Of a stretch of 64,000 nucleotides of DNA, positions 53,885 through 64,000 are shown one piece after another. A program made the position numbers and the translations under genes. The notes under the pieces are model-generated. The model was not told where the DNA came from. It made no database searches and saw only the letters and a program-made list of their open reading frames with translations. The stretch's first letter is position 1, and each line of letters begins with the position of its first letter. The DNA is from Dictyostelium discoideum (Eukaryota), in NCBI GenBank assembly GCA_000004695.1, contig CM000151.3:5056001-5120000 (forward strand), given 5' to 3'.

Positions 53885-54510
53885 ATTTTATTTTATATTT
53901 TTTTTTTATTTTTTTTTTTTATTATTTTTTTTTTTATAAAAATTATATAACAACATATGTACTAGTTGTAAATTAAATTATTTGTTTAAAAATTAATTAA
54001 TTATTTATTTATTTATTTATTTATTAAAAGTTGTTTTTTTTATTTGTTCTTTTTATTTATTTTACATTTTCATTGCAAAAAATTCAAATCAAAACTTTTT
54101 TTTTTTTATAAGGTAAATAATTTTTTAAACAGTGTCAACTATTATTATTTTTTTTTCCACTTGTTCACTAAAATCTCCAAAAAAAAAAAAAAAAAAAAAA
54201 CACAAAGAGTAATTAAATCTCCAACTTACGTACGAAACATCAAAATCTTTTTTTTCATTTGTTCAAAATATTATTAAATAAAAAAAGAATAAAAAAATAA
54301 AAATTTTACTAAATTTCATTCAATATTTAAATTAGTAAATTTTTTTTCCAACTTCTGTTTTTTTTTCAAAAAAAAAAAAAAATTAAATTAATTATTTCCC
54401 AAACCTAATCTTTTTTTTTTTTTTTTCTATAATTTAAAACCAGACAAACTTTCTAAAAAAAAAAAATCCTTATTTAATAATAATAATAATTATAATAATA
54501 CTATTTCAAA

Positions 54511-54912
54511 ATGACATTTAATAATATTAAAGACGAAAATAACGATGATATTGCCATCATTGGTATGGGTTTCCGTTTTCCAGGTGGTGGTAATAATCCA
54601 GATCAATTTTGGAATCAATTATCAAATAAAATGGATGGTATTTCAAAGATTTCTCAAGAAAAATGGTCAAGATCTTTTTATGAACAAAAATATATAAATA
54701 ACGAATATGGTGGTGTCTTAAAAGATGAAGAATGGAAAAATTTTGATCCATTATTTTTTGGTATTTCACCAAAAGAAGCACCAACCATTGATCCACAACA
54801 ACGTCTTTTAATGACAACACTTTGGGAAGGTAAATAATAATAATAATTATAATTATAATAATAGTAGTATTTTTTTTTGTTAAAATTAAAAAGTTATTAA
54901 TATATATACATA

Positions 54913-54970
<58 letters not shown>

Positions 54971-57900
54971 AGCATTTGAAGATGCAAATATTAAACCATC
55001 AACATTACGTGGATCAGATACAGCAGTATTTATTGGTATGATGAATCTTGATTATCAAAGATGTCAATTCAGAGATATATCATATATTAATCCGTATACA
55101 GTTACTGGTAGTGCAGGATCATTTGTATCAAATCGTTTAAGTTTTAGTTTTGATTTACGTGGTCCATCAATGACACTTGATACAGCATGTTCATCATCAT
55201 TGAATGCAGTTTATCTTGGTTGTCAAGCTATTGCAACTGGTGATAGTAAGATGGCAATTGTTGGTGGTGTCAATGGTATTTTCGATCCAAGTATTTCAAT
55301 GACATTCTCTGGATTAAATATGTTGGGACACAAAGGTCAATGTAGATCATTCGATGCTGGTGCTGATGGTTACATCCGTAGTGAAGGTGGTGGTGTTTGT
55401 ATCCTAAAGAAATATTCAGATGCAATTAAAGATGGTGACCGTATTTATTGTGTTATCAAAGGTGGTAGTTCAAATGTTGATGGATACAATGCAAAGACCA
55501 ATATCACTCAACCATCAATGAAGGCTCAAGGTGAAAACATTGAAATTGCTTTAAAGAAATCTGGTGTAAATCCATCAGATATCTATTATATAGAAGCTCA
55601 TGGTACTGGTACACCAGTTGGTGATCCGATTGAAATTGAAGCAATATCAAGAATATTCAAAGATAATCATACACCCGATGCTCCATTGTACATTGGTTCA
55701 GTTAAAAGCAACATTGGTCATCTTGAAAGTGCTGCCGGTATTGCATCATTAATCAAAGTTGCACTCTCTTTAAAAAATCGTTCATTGGTTCCAAATATTC
55801 ATTTTGAAAAACCAAATCCATTAATCAAATTCGAAGATTGGAATATTCGTGTAGTCACTGATGAAATCCAGTTCCCAACCAATAAATTAATTAATATGGG
55901 TATTAATTGTTTTGGTCTATCTGGTTCAAATTGTCATATGATTCTAAGTGAAGCACCAATTAATTATGATGAATTATTGAAAACAACAAATAATAACTCT
56001 ACATCCTCTTCTTCAAATGATGATAAAAAAGAATATTTAATACCATTTTCAGCAAACTGTAATATTTCATTAGATAAATATATAGAGAAATTAATTTCAA
56101 ACCAATCTATTTATAAAGATACAATATTATTTAAAGATTTTGTAAAACATCAAACAATTTCAAAATCAAATTTAATAAAGAGAAAAGTTATAACCGCTTC
56201 CGATTGGGATGACTTTTTAAATAAAAGAAATGAAACTACATCAACTTCATCATTGACTTCAACAATTTCAGCACCAGCTTCATCAACTCCAGTCATTTAT
56301 GTTTTCACCGGTCAAGGCCCACAATGGAGAGATATGGGTAAAGCATTATATGAAACTGAATCAGTATTTAAAGATGCCATTGATCATTGTGATAAATTAC
56401 TTGCTAATTATTTTGGATATTCAATACTCCAAAAGTTACGTTCATTAGAAAGTGATGATTCACCAGAAATTCATCATCCAATTTTAGCACAACCAAGTAT
56501 TTTCTTAATTCAAGTTGGTTTAGTCGCACTTTATAAATCATTTGGTATTTCACCATCAATTGTAGTTGGTCATAGTTTTGGTGAAGTTTCATCCGCTTTA
56601 TTCTCTGGTGTCATCAGTTTAGAAACTGCTGTTAAAATCGTTTACTATAGAGGCTTAGCTCAAAATTTAACAATGGGAACTGGTAGATTATTATCAATTG
56701 GTATCGGTGCTGATGCTTATCTTGAAAAATGTGCTTTATTATATCCAGAAATTGAAATAGCTTGTTATAATGATCCAAATTCAATTGTTATTACTGGTTC
56801 TGAACAAGATTTGTTAGGTGCTAAATCAACACTATCAGCTGAAGGTGTTTTTTGTGCTTTCTTAGGTACACCATGTTCTTTCCACTCATCAAAACAAGAA
56901 ATGATTAAAGAAAAGATATTCAAAGATTTATCAGATTTACCAGAATCAAATGTACCATGTGTACCATTCTTTTCAACAATTACTGGTTCACAATTATCTC
57001 ATAAAGGTTTCTACAATGTTCAATACATTTATGATAATTTACGTATGCCTGTTGAATTCACCAAAGCCATTTCAAACATTTTCAATTTCATTGAAGAAAA
57101 TGAATCATACAAGAATGCAATCTTTTTAGAGATTGGTCCTCATCCAACTTTAGGTTTTTATATTCCAAAATGTAAACCATCAAATTCAACAATAACTTCA
57201 AAACCAATTATAGTATCACCATTACATAAAAAGAAAGAAGAATTAACACAATTTAAATTAGCAATTTCAACTCTATATTGTAATGGTGTTGAAATTGATT
57301 TTGCAAGTGGTCAACAATTATTACCAACTTCTTCTTCATCCGGAGGTGGCGATATATCATCATTTAAAGAGTCGACAAATAAATTACCAAGATACCAATG
57401 GGATTTTGAAGAATATTGGGATGAACCAAACCAAAGTAAAATGGTAAAACGTGGTCCATCAAATAATTTATTAGGTCATGATCAATTTGCAGGTAATACT
57501 TTAATGGAATTATTTATTGATATTAATAAATCTGCTCATCAATATCTAAAAGGTCATAAAATTAAAGGTAAATATCTTTTCCCAGGTTCTGGTTATATTG
57601 ATAATATTCTTCGTCAATTCAATGGTCAAGATATTACCATTTTCAATTTAGAATTTTCAAATCCATTCTTTTTGAAAGATGGTGTTCAACATCATTTACA
57701 AACTTCAATTACACCAACTACCAAGGGTGAATTTAAAGTTGAATTCTTTATAAAGGATAATAGAAACTCAACTAAATGGACTAAAACTTCAAATGGTCGT
57801 ATTGGATTATTCAAACATAATCCAAAGAATAATAAATTGGATATTGAAAAACTTAAAAGTCAATGTTCATTTACCACCCTTACAAAGTCTGAAGTTTACA

Positions 57901-60900
57901 ATAAGCTATTGTTATTAAGTTTACCATATGGTCCAACTTTCCAAAGAGTTGAATCATGTTCAATTGGTGATGGATGTTCATTCTTTAAACTTTCAATGTC
58001 ACCTTGTTCAGAGTTTGACAAAGATTTCTTAAATCCTTCAATTATTGATTGTGCATTCCATGGTTTATTAGTACTCAGTGAAGGTCCACAAGAGATTGTT
58101 TTCGATCGTTTACAAGATATGAAATTCTATTCTTCAAATGTACCTTCAACAAGACCTCAATTCATTTATGCCTTTGCTAAATTCGATAAAATTGTAGGAA
58201 ATTCAACTCATGGTTCTCTAGATATCATGTTAGAAGATGGTACATTATTAATTTCAATTAAAAATGTTAAATGTACATCATTAATACGTTTAAAGAAACA
58301 ATCAATTAAATATCCTTCACAAAATGTTTATTCACACCATTGGCAATCAAAAGATTCACCATTAACTTTAATTGAAAATCAATTAATTGAAGAGAAATCA
58401 TCAGAATCTAAAATTAATTTTGAAAAATTATTAAATGATAAATTATTTAATGATTATTTAATTAGATTATTAAACCAATCAATTAAATCTGAATTTATAG
58501 AATTCGATTATAAAACTTCAACAGTAGATACTTTAGAAATTGATTCAAATAATACAAAACTATTAGAAAAGATTCAATCAATTTTAAAAACAATTGATTC
58601 ATTAGATCAATCAATTGATTTAGCTAGTTTAAAACAAGTAATTATTGAAAAATCATCATCATTTAAAAAAGAAATTAATTTAATTGAAAAATCAATCAAA
58701 CGTATTGTTTCATTATTAAAAGGTGGTGAAAGTGAACATTTTTCACCAAGTAATCCAAGTTCACCAAATGACACACCAAGATATAATTCAAACAATTGTT
58801 CTTCAAAGAGTAATAATACCTCTAGTGGTGCTGATGATGATACTAACAATGAAGAAACAATTAATCAATTAAATAATGAACCATTTAATTTCTCAAATTC
58901 TCAATTCATTTCAAATCAAAATCAATTAATTTCAAAAACAATTGTAAATTCATTTGATAGATTAATTAATTCGATTGAAATTGGCGAAAAGAAATTAATT
59001 AAAATAATTGATTTATCAAGTATCTATCAAAATAATCAACTTTCAAAATTATTATTATTACAATTAAATCAATTACTAATTAATTTATCAAATAATAATA
59101 ATATTGAAATTGAATATACAATTCCATCAAATACCAAAAATATTGATTCAATTAAAGAAGAAACTAAATCGATTTCAAATTTATTAAATATTAAATATCG
59201 TAGTTTTGATTTACAAGATGATTTAGAAAGTAATGGTTATTTAAATTCAAATTATGATTTAATTATAACTTCTTTATTATTAGTTTCAACAAACTCAATT
59301 GATTCAAATGAAGTTTTATCAAAACTTTATAAATTATTATTACCAAAAGGTCAATTAATTTTAATGGAACCACCAAAGGATGTATTATCATTCAATCTTT
59401 TATTTGCAAATGATTTCAAACAATCATTAGAAATTAAAAGTGAACAAGAAATTAAATCATTAATTAGATATTGTGGTTTCACTAAAATTGAAACAAATAA
59501 TATTACCCAAGATGATGAAGAAGAACAACAACAACCACCATCAATTTTAATAGTTCAAACTGAAAAGAGAGATATTGAATCAATGTCATTGACTTTCTCA
59601 TCAGATCCAGAATCATTAAATTCTTCATATAGTAATTGTATATTCATAGTTTCAAAAGAACAAAAAGAAAATCCAACTTCATATATTCAAGAATATTTTG
59701 ATATTACTGAAGTATTCTGTGATAACACTACAATTATTGAAGCTGGTGATAGTGAATTATTAACAAAGACAATTGAATCAGGTATTGGTAAAAATGATAT
59801 TATTTTCTTTTTAGTTTCACTTGAAGAATTAACAATTGAAAATTATAAACAAGTTACAATGCAATATACATTAGTTAATCAAATACTTTTAAGAAATAAT
59901 CTTTCAACTAGATTTGCTTTATTAACTTACGATTCTCAAAATGGTGGTAAAAATTATTTAGGATCATCATTAATTGGTACTTTTAGATACTTTTTAGAAT
60001 TTCCATCATTGAATACCTTTTCAATTGATGTCGATAAAGATTCAATTGATAATCTTACATTATTCTTACGTTTAGTTGATCTATCTACAATTGGTGATAG
60101 AGAAACTATTGTTAGAAATAATAAAATTTTTGTTCAAAAGATTTTCAAAGAGCCAAAATTGTTATCACCATCAAATAATTACGAAAAGGATACAAATAAT
60201 TTATATTTGAATACAAATAGTAATTTAGATTTTTCATTCCAATGCAAAGAGAAATTACCACATGGTTCCGTCGAAATTAAAGTTATGTCAACTGGTATCA
60301 ACTATAAAGATAATCTTTTCTATAGAGGTTTATTACCACAAGAAATCTTTACAAAAGGTGATATTTATTCTCCACCATTCGGTTTAGAATGTGCTGGTTA
60401 TATTACACGTGTTGCACCAAGTGGCGTTACTCGTTTCAAAGTTGGTGATCAAGTTGTTGGTTTTGCAAGCCATTCTTTAAGTTCACTAGCTATTACTCAT
60501 CAAGATAAAATTGTATTAAAACCTGAAAATATTTCATTCAATGAAGCTGCTGCCGTTTGTGTAGTTTATGCAACAAGTTATTATTCAATTTTCCATATTG
60601 GTGCATTTATGGCCGATAAAGAATCAATCCTAGTTCATTCTGCAACTGGTGGTGTTGGTTTAGCAACTTTAAATCTTTTAAAATGGAAGAGAAATCAATT
60701 GAAAAAACATGGCAACTCTGAAATTAGTAATGATGCTTCAATTTATGCTACAGTGGGTTCTAAAGAAAAAGTCGATTATTTACAAGAGAAATATGGTGAT
60801 TTAATAACTGCAATTTACAATAGTAGAGATACTGAATATTGCGATGAAATTAAACAACAATCAGCACAAGGAGGTGTAGATTTAATTTTAAATACACTCT

Positions 60901-62465
60901 CTGGTGATTATTTATCTGCAAATTTCCGTTCACTTTCCCAAGTTGGTAGAATTATGGATTTATCAGTCACTCAATTGGTTGAAAATGATTCATTAGATTT
61001 TTCAAACTTTAAGTATCATGTTACTTACAGTACAATCGATTTAGAAAGAGCTACAACATATAATTCAAAAATCGTTAGAGATATCCTCACAGAAGTATTT
61101 GATGCAATTTCTGATGGTAGTCTTGAAAATATTCCAGTTAAAGTTTTCCCAGCAACTCAAGTTAAAACTGCGATTGAATATATTAATGAACGTGTTCATA
61201 TTGGTAAAATTGTAGTTGATTTTGAAAACTTTGAACAAGATATTCTTAAACCAGCTTTACAAGAGAAAGAAAATCCAATTCAATTGAATAAAGTTAAAAA
61301 ATTGGAACATACTTGTGATACTTTAAATAATACAATTTTAATCACTGGTCAAACTGGTATTGCTGTTCATATTTTAAAATGGATTATTTCTGGTTCTGTT
61401 TTAAATTCAAATAAATCACAACAACAAGTAACAGATTTCATAATTTTATCAAGATCATCATTAAAATGGGAACTTGAAAATTTAATTAATCAAACTAAAC
61501 ATAAATATGGTGATAGATTTAGATTCCATTATAAATCTGTAAATATTGCAGATTTAAATTCAACTCGTACTGCAATTGATCAAGTTTATTCAAGTTGTAA
61601 AAATGTTTCACCAATTAAATCAGTATTACATTTTGCAACAGTTTATGAATACATTTTACCAGAAGATATCACTCAAACCGTAATTGATAATACTCATAAT
61701 CCAAAAGCAGTCGGTGCAATTAATTTACATAATCTTTCAATTGAAAAAGATTGGAAATTAGAAAACTTTATTCTCTTTTCATCAATTGGTGCTATCATTG
61801 GTGGTTCAAAACAATGTGCATATAGTAGTGCTAATTTAGTATTGGATTCATTATCAAACTATAGAAAGAGTATTGGTCTTGCTTCAACTTCAATTAATTG
61901 GGGTGGTTTGGATGCTGGTGGTGTTGCCGCCACTGATAAATCAGTCGCAAGTTTCTTAGAGGGTCAAGGTATTTTATTGGTTTCTTTATCAAAGATTTTA
62001 GGTTGTCTTGATTCAGTTTTCCAACCATCTAATTCCCATTTATCAAACTTTATGCTTTCAAGTTTCAATATTGATAATCTTTTATCTTCTGCACCTCAAA
62101 TGAAGAGAAAAATGGGTCACCACCTAACAAATTATAAAACTTCATCTGCTAGCTCTGATGATTCATTGGGTGATTCTAGTTCTACTCAAGCAAAAGTCAT
62201 TTCTACAATCTCTGAATTATTATCAATTCATCCATCAAAATTAAATTTAGATACAAGATTAAAAGACTATGGTATTGATTCTTTATTAACAGTACAATTA
62301 AAGAATTGGATAGATAAAGAATTTACAAAGAATTTATTCACTCATTTACAATTATCATCAAGTAGTATTAATAGTATCATTCAGAGAATTAGTTCAAAAT
62401 CAACTTCAACATCTACTCCCAATCCAACTAACACCACAAAACAAACCGCAACAACAAAAACATAA
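54511..62465 (+). CDS. Type I iterative polyketide synthase (KS-AT-DH-[degenerate C-MT]-ER-KR-ACP); 2 exons approx join(54511..54829,54973..62465), ~2600 aa
   Basis: KS: [14 protein letters not shown], intron G|GTAAAT...[48 protein letters not shown]: GHSFGE. DH: HxxxGxxxxP-type region ([20 protein letters not shown]). A methyltransferase-like remnant reads [14 protein letters not shown]: [14 protein letters not shown]: [15 protein letters not shown]: [12 protein letters not shown]. The gene ends after the ACP. Confidence 0.9.
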
Positions 62466-62779
62466 GTAGTTCAAACAACTCCAACTACATTTGACACTTC
62501 TATGTTTATTCCATATTTAAAAAATTAAAAAAAAAAAATTAATAAAAAAAATTAAAAATATCTTTTAATATTAATACTTAAAAATTCTTGAACTATATTT
62601 ATTAAAAAAAAAAATTACCTTTAACCAATTTAAAAAAAAAACAAAAAAATAATAATAGTGTACAAATAAAAGAAATAATTAAAAAAAAAACAAAAAAAAT
62701 AATATTAATATTAAAGAAATGGAAAAAAAAAAAAAAAAGTGTTTAGCAAAGTTTTTTTTTTTTTTTTTTATTTGGCAAT

Positions 62780-63400
62780 GATTTTACCGAATAACGATAC
62801 GATGTTGAGTGGTAACATTATTACCAAGTTTTTCGAGATAGGTTTGGTTGTTTTTCTAAAATTTATTTAACATCTGATGTAAAACCTGCTTGTTTTTCAA
62901 CTGCTGCTTTAACAATTGCTGATACCTCTTTATCTTTGTTTTAATACTAATAAATATTCCTCTTTTTTTTTTATTGTTTAAAATAATGGTTAGTTTTTAT
63001 TAAAAAAAATTTAAAAATTTAAAACTTACTTTGATGTGTTTTAACTTGGCATGCTAATGAATAAATTTCAATACCATTGGTATTTTTCAAGAGATTATCT
63101 ATTATGATTTGAGCCAATCCATAGAATTAACTTGTTTAACCAAGAATTTTTTACCATTCTGGTACTTTTTTCAATGGTGCCATAACTTCTGGTTTATTTT
63201 GATGAACAAGGTATGCATTAACATGTGCTATTCAAGTGGCAATGTATGGTTTATTTTGATAAACTTGATCTTCCTTCTTAAAAATTTAATATTGTTAATT
63301 CTTATTAATATCATTGTGGAAATCCATTTGATCTTCAAGATATTTACTATGTTGACTAGAGATGGATTTTGAGAAAGATCACGGTCACCAAATAGGAATT
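62780..63400. other. Degenerate, non-coding mosaic region with internal short direct repeats and a 30-nt exact copy of coding sequence from 52025..52054
   Basis: There is no long ORF with a recognisable fold. Minus-strand fragments (...GIEIYSLACQVKTHQ|GTAAGT; KEVSAIVKAAVEKQAGFTSDVK*) lack a start codon. The motif ggtttattttgat(g/a)aac is repeated. The 3' end (63371..63400) is identical to part of the RD-repeat gene. Confidence 0.3.
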
Positions 63401-63567
63401 AAAATTTTAATTTTCTGGTCGTTTGTTGTGTTTTTAATTTGTTTTTGATTTTTTTTTTTTTTTAATTTTTTTTTTTTTTTTTTTTTTTTTTTGACACTTT
63501 GGTGTTTTTGATTTTTTTTTGATTTTTTTTTTTATATTTTATTTAATTTTAAATTTTTTGAAACACA

Positions 63568-64000
63568 ATGAACAAATTTTGGGAAACTGGTAGAAAGATT
63601 GTTGCAGTAGGAAGAAATTATGCACAACATGCTAAAGAATTAGGAAATGAAATTCCATCAGAACCATTCTTTTTTTTAAAACCAACTTCAAGTTATTTAC
63701 TTCAAGGAACTGGTCCAATTGAAATCCCATTAGAATCATCAGATATTCACCATGAAGTTGAATTAGGTATTGTCATTGGTAAAAAAGGTAGAGATATTGA
63801 TTTAAAATCTGCAATGGATTATGTTAGTGGTTATACATTAGCTTTAGATATGACTTCAAGAGATCAACAATCAATTGCCAAAGCTAAAGTAAGTTTTTTT
63901 TTTTTTTTTTTTTTCAAATAAAAAAAAAACTTAAAATTATCTATACTAATTTTCATTATTATTATTATTATTATTATTGACTAATAATAATAAAGTCATT
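63568..64000 (+). CDS. Fumarylacetoacetate hydrolase (FAH) domain protein, FAHD1/FAHD2-like (acylpyruvase/oxaloacetate decarboxylase family); first exon 63568..63888, continues past window end
   Basis: The sequence MNKFWETGRKIVAVGRNYAQHAKELGNEIPSEPFFFLKPTSS...HHEVELGIVIGKKGRDI matches the FAHD1 N-terminal region. The exon ends AAA|GTAAGT. Confidence 0.7.

Noticed and set aside
62780-63400. A small two-exon minus-strand gene (..GIEIYSLACQVKTHQ + N + KEVSAIVKAAVEKQAGFTSDVK*)
   Set aside because: A GTAAGT donor and an AAAG acceptor exist. There is no in-frame start exon, the peptide matches no family I recognise, and the region contains a copied fragment of another gene. It is treated as degenerate mosaic DNA.

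Overview
The 64 kb window looks like Dictyostelium discoideum-type (social amoeba) nuclear DNA, so no prokaryote-style novel system is present; the most distinctive items are an AsnRS carrying a GlnRS-N-like appended domain, a type I PKS next to a FAH-family hydrolase with a mosaic junk region between them, a Rab pseudogene, and a large beta-helix/cysteine-rich/multi-TM membrane protein. The evidence for the organism is roughly 20-25 % GC, very long poly-A/poly-T intergenic tracts, coding poly-N/Q/T runs, and short AT-rich introns (about 80-140 bp, plus one of about 360 bp) with GTAAGT/GTATGT/GTAAAT donors and T-rich ..AG acceptors. The window is gene-dense, with about 23 protein-coding genes on both strands, most interrupted by 1-3 introns that I reconstructed by hand. 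The ORF track sometimes prints M for TTG/GTG alternative starts. Splice coordinates are hand-derived and may be off by 1-2 nt; ORF-track ends were used as anchors. Genes recognised: a UBL+vWA protein, MGMT, an ankyrin-DHHC palmitoyltransferase, a SAM + trypsin-like protein, a B-box + FNIP-repeat protein, ALG8, a COMM-domain protein, an RWD+RING protein, asparaginyl-tRNA synthetase, choline/ethanolamine kinase, an EamA transporter, a Slo/BK-like K+ channel, an N-myristoylated CaMK-like kinase, a small protein with a mitochondrial-presequence-like N-terminus, an SLC35B4-like nucleotide-sugar transporter, a secreted Cys-rich GPI-type protein, a very large membrane protein, a STAT, a METTL16-like methyltransferase, an RD/RE-repeat CCHC zinc-knuckle protein, a roughly 2600-aa type I iterative polyketide synthase, and the first exon of a FAH-domain hydrolase. 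I found no rRNA, tRNA, CRISPR array or intact transposon. The noticed items listed above (plus putative G-box/CA-rich promoter elements, a CRE-type palindrome and a 30-nt exact duplication) are worth follow-up.
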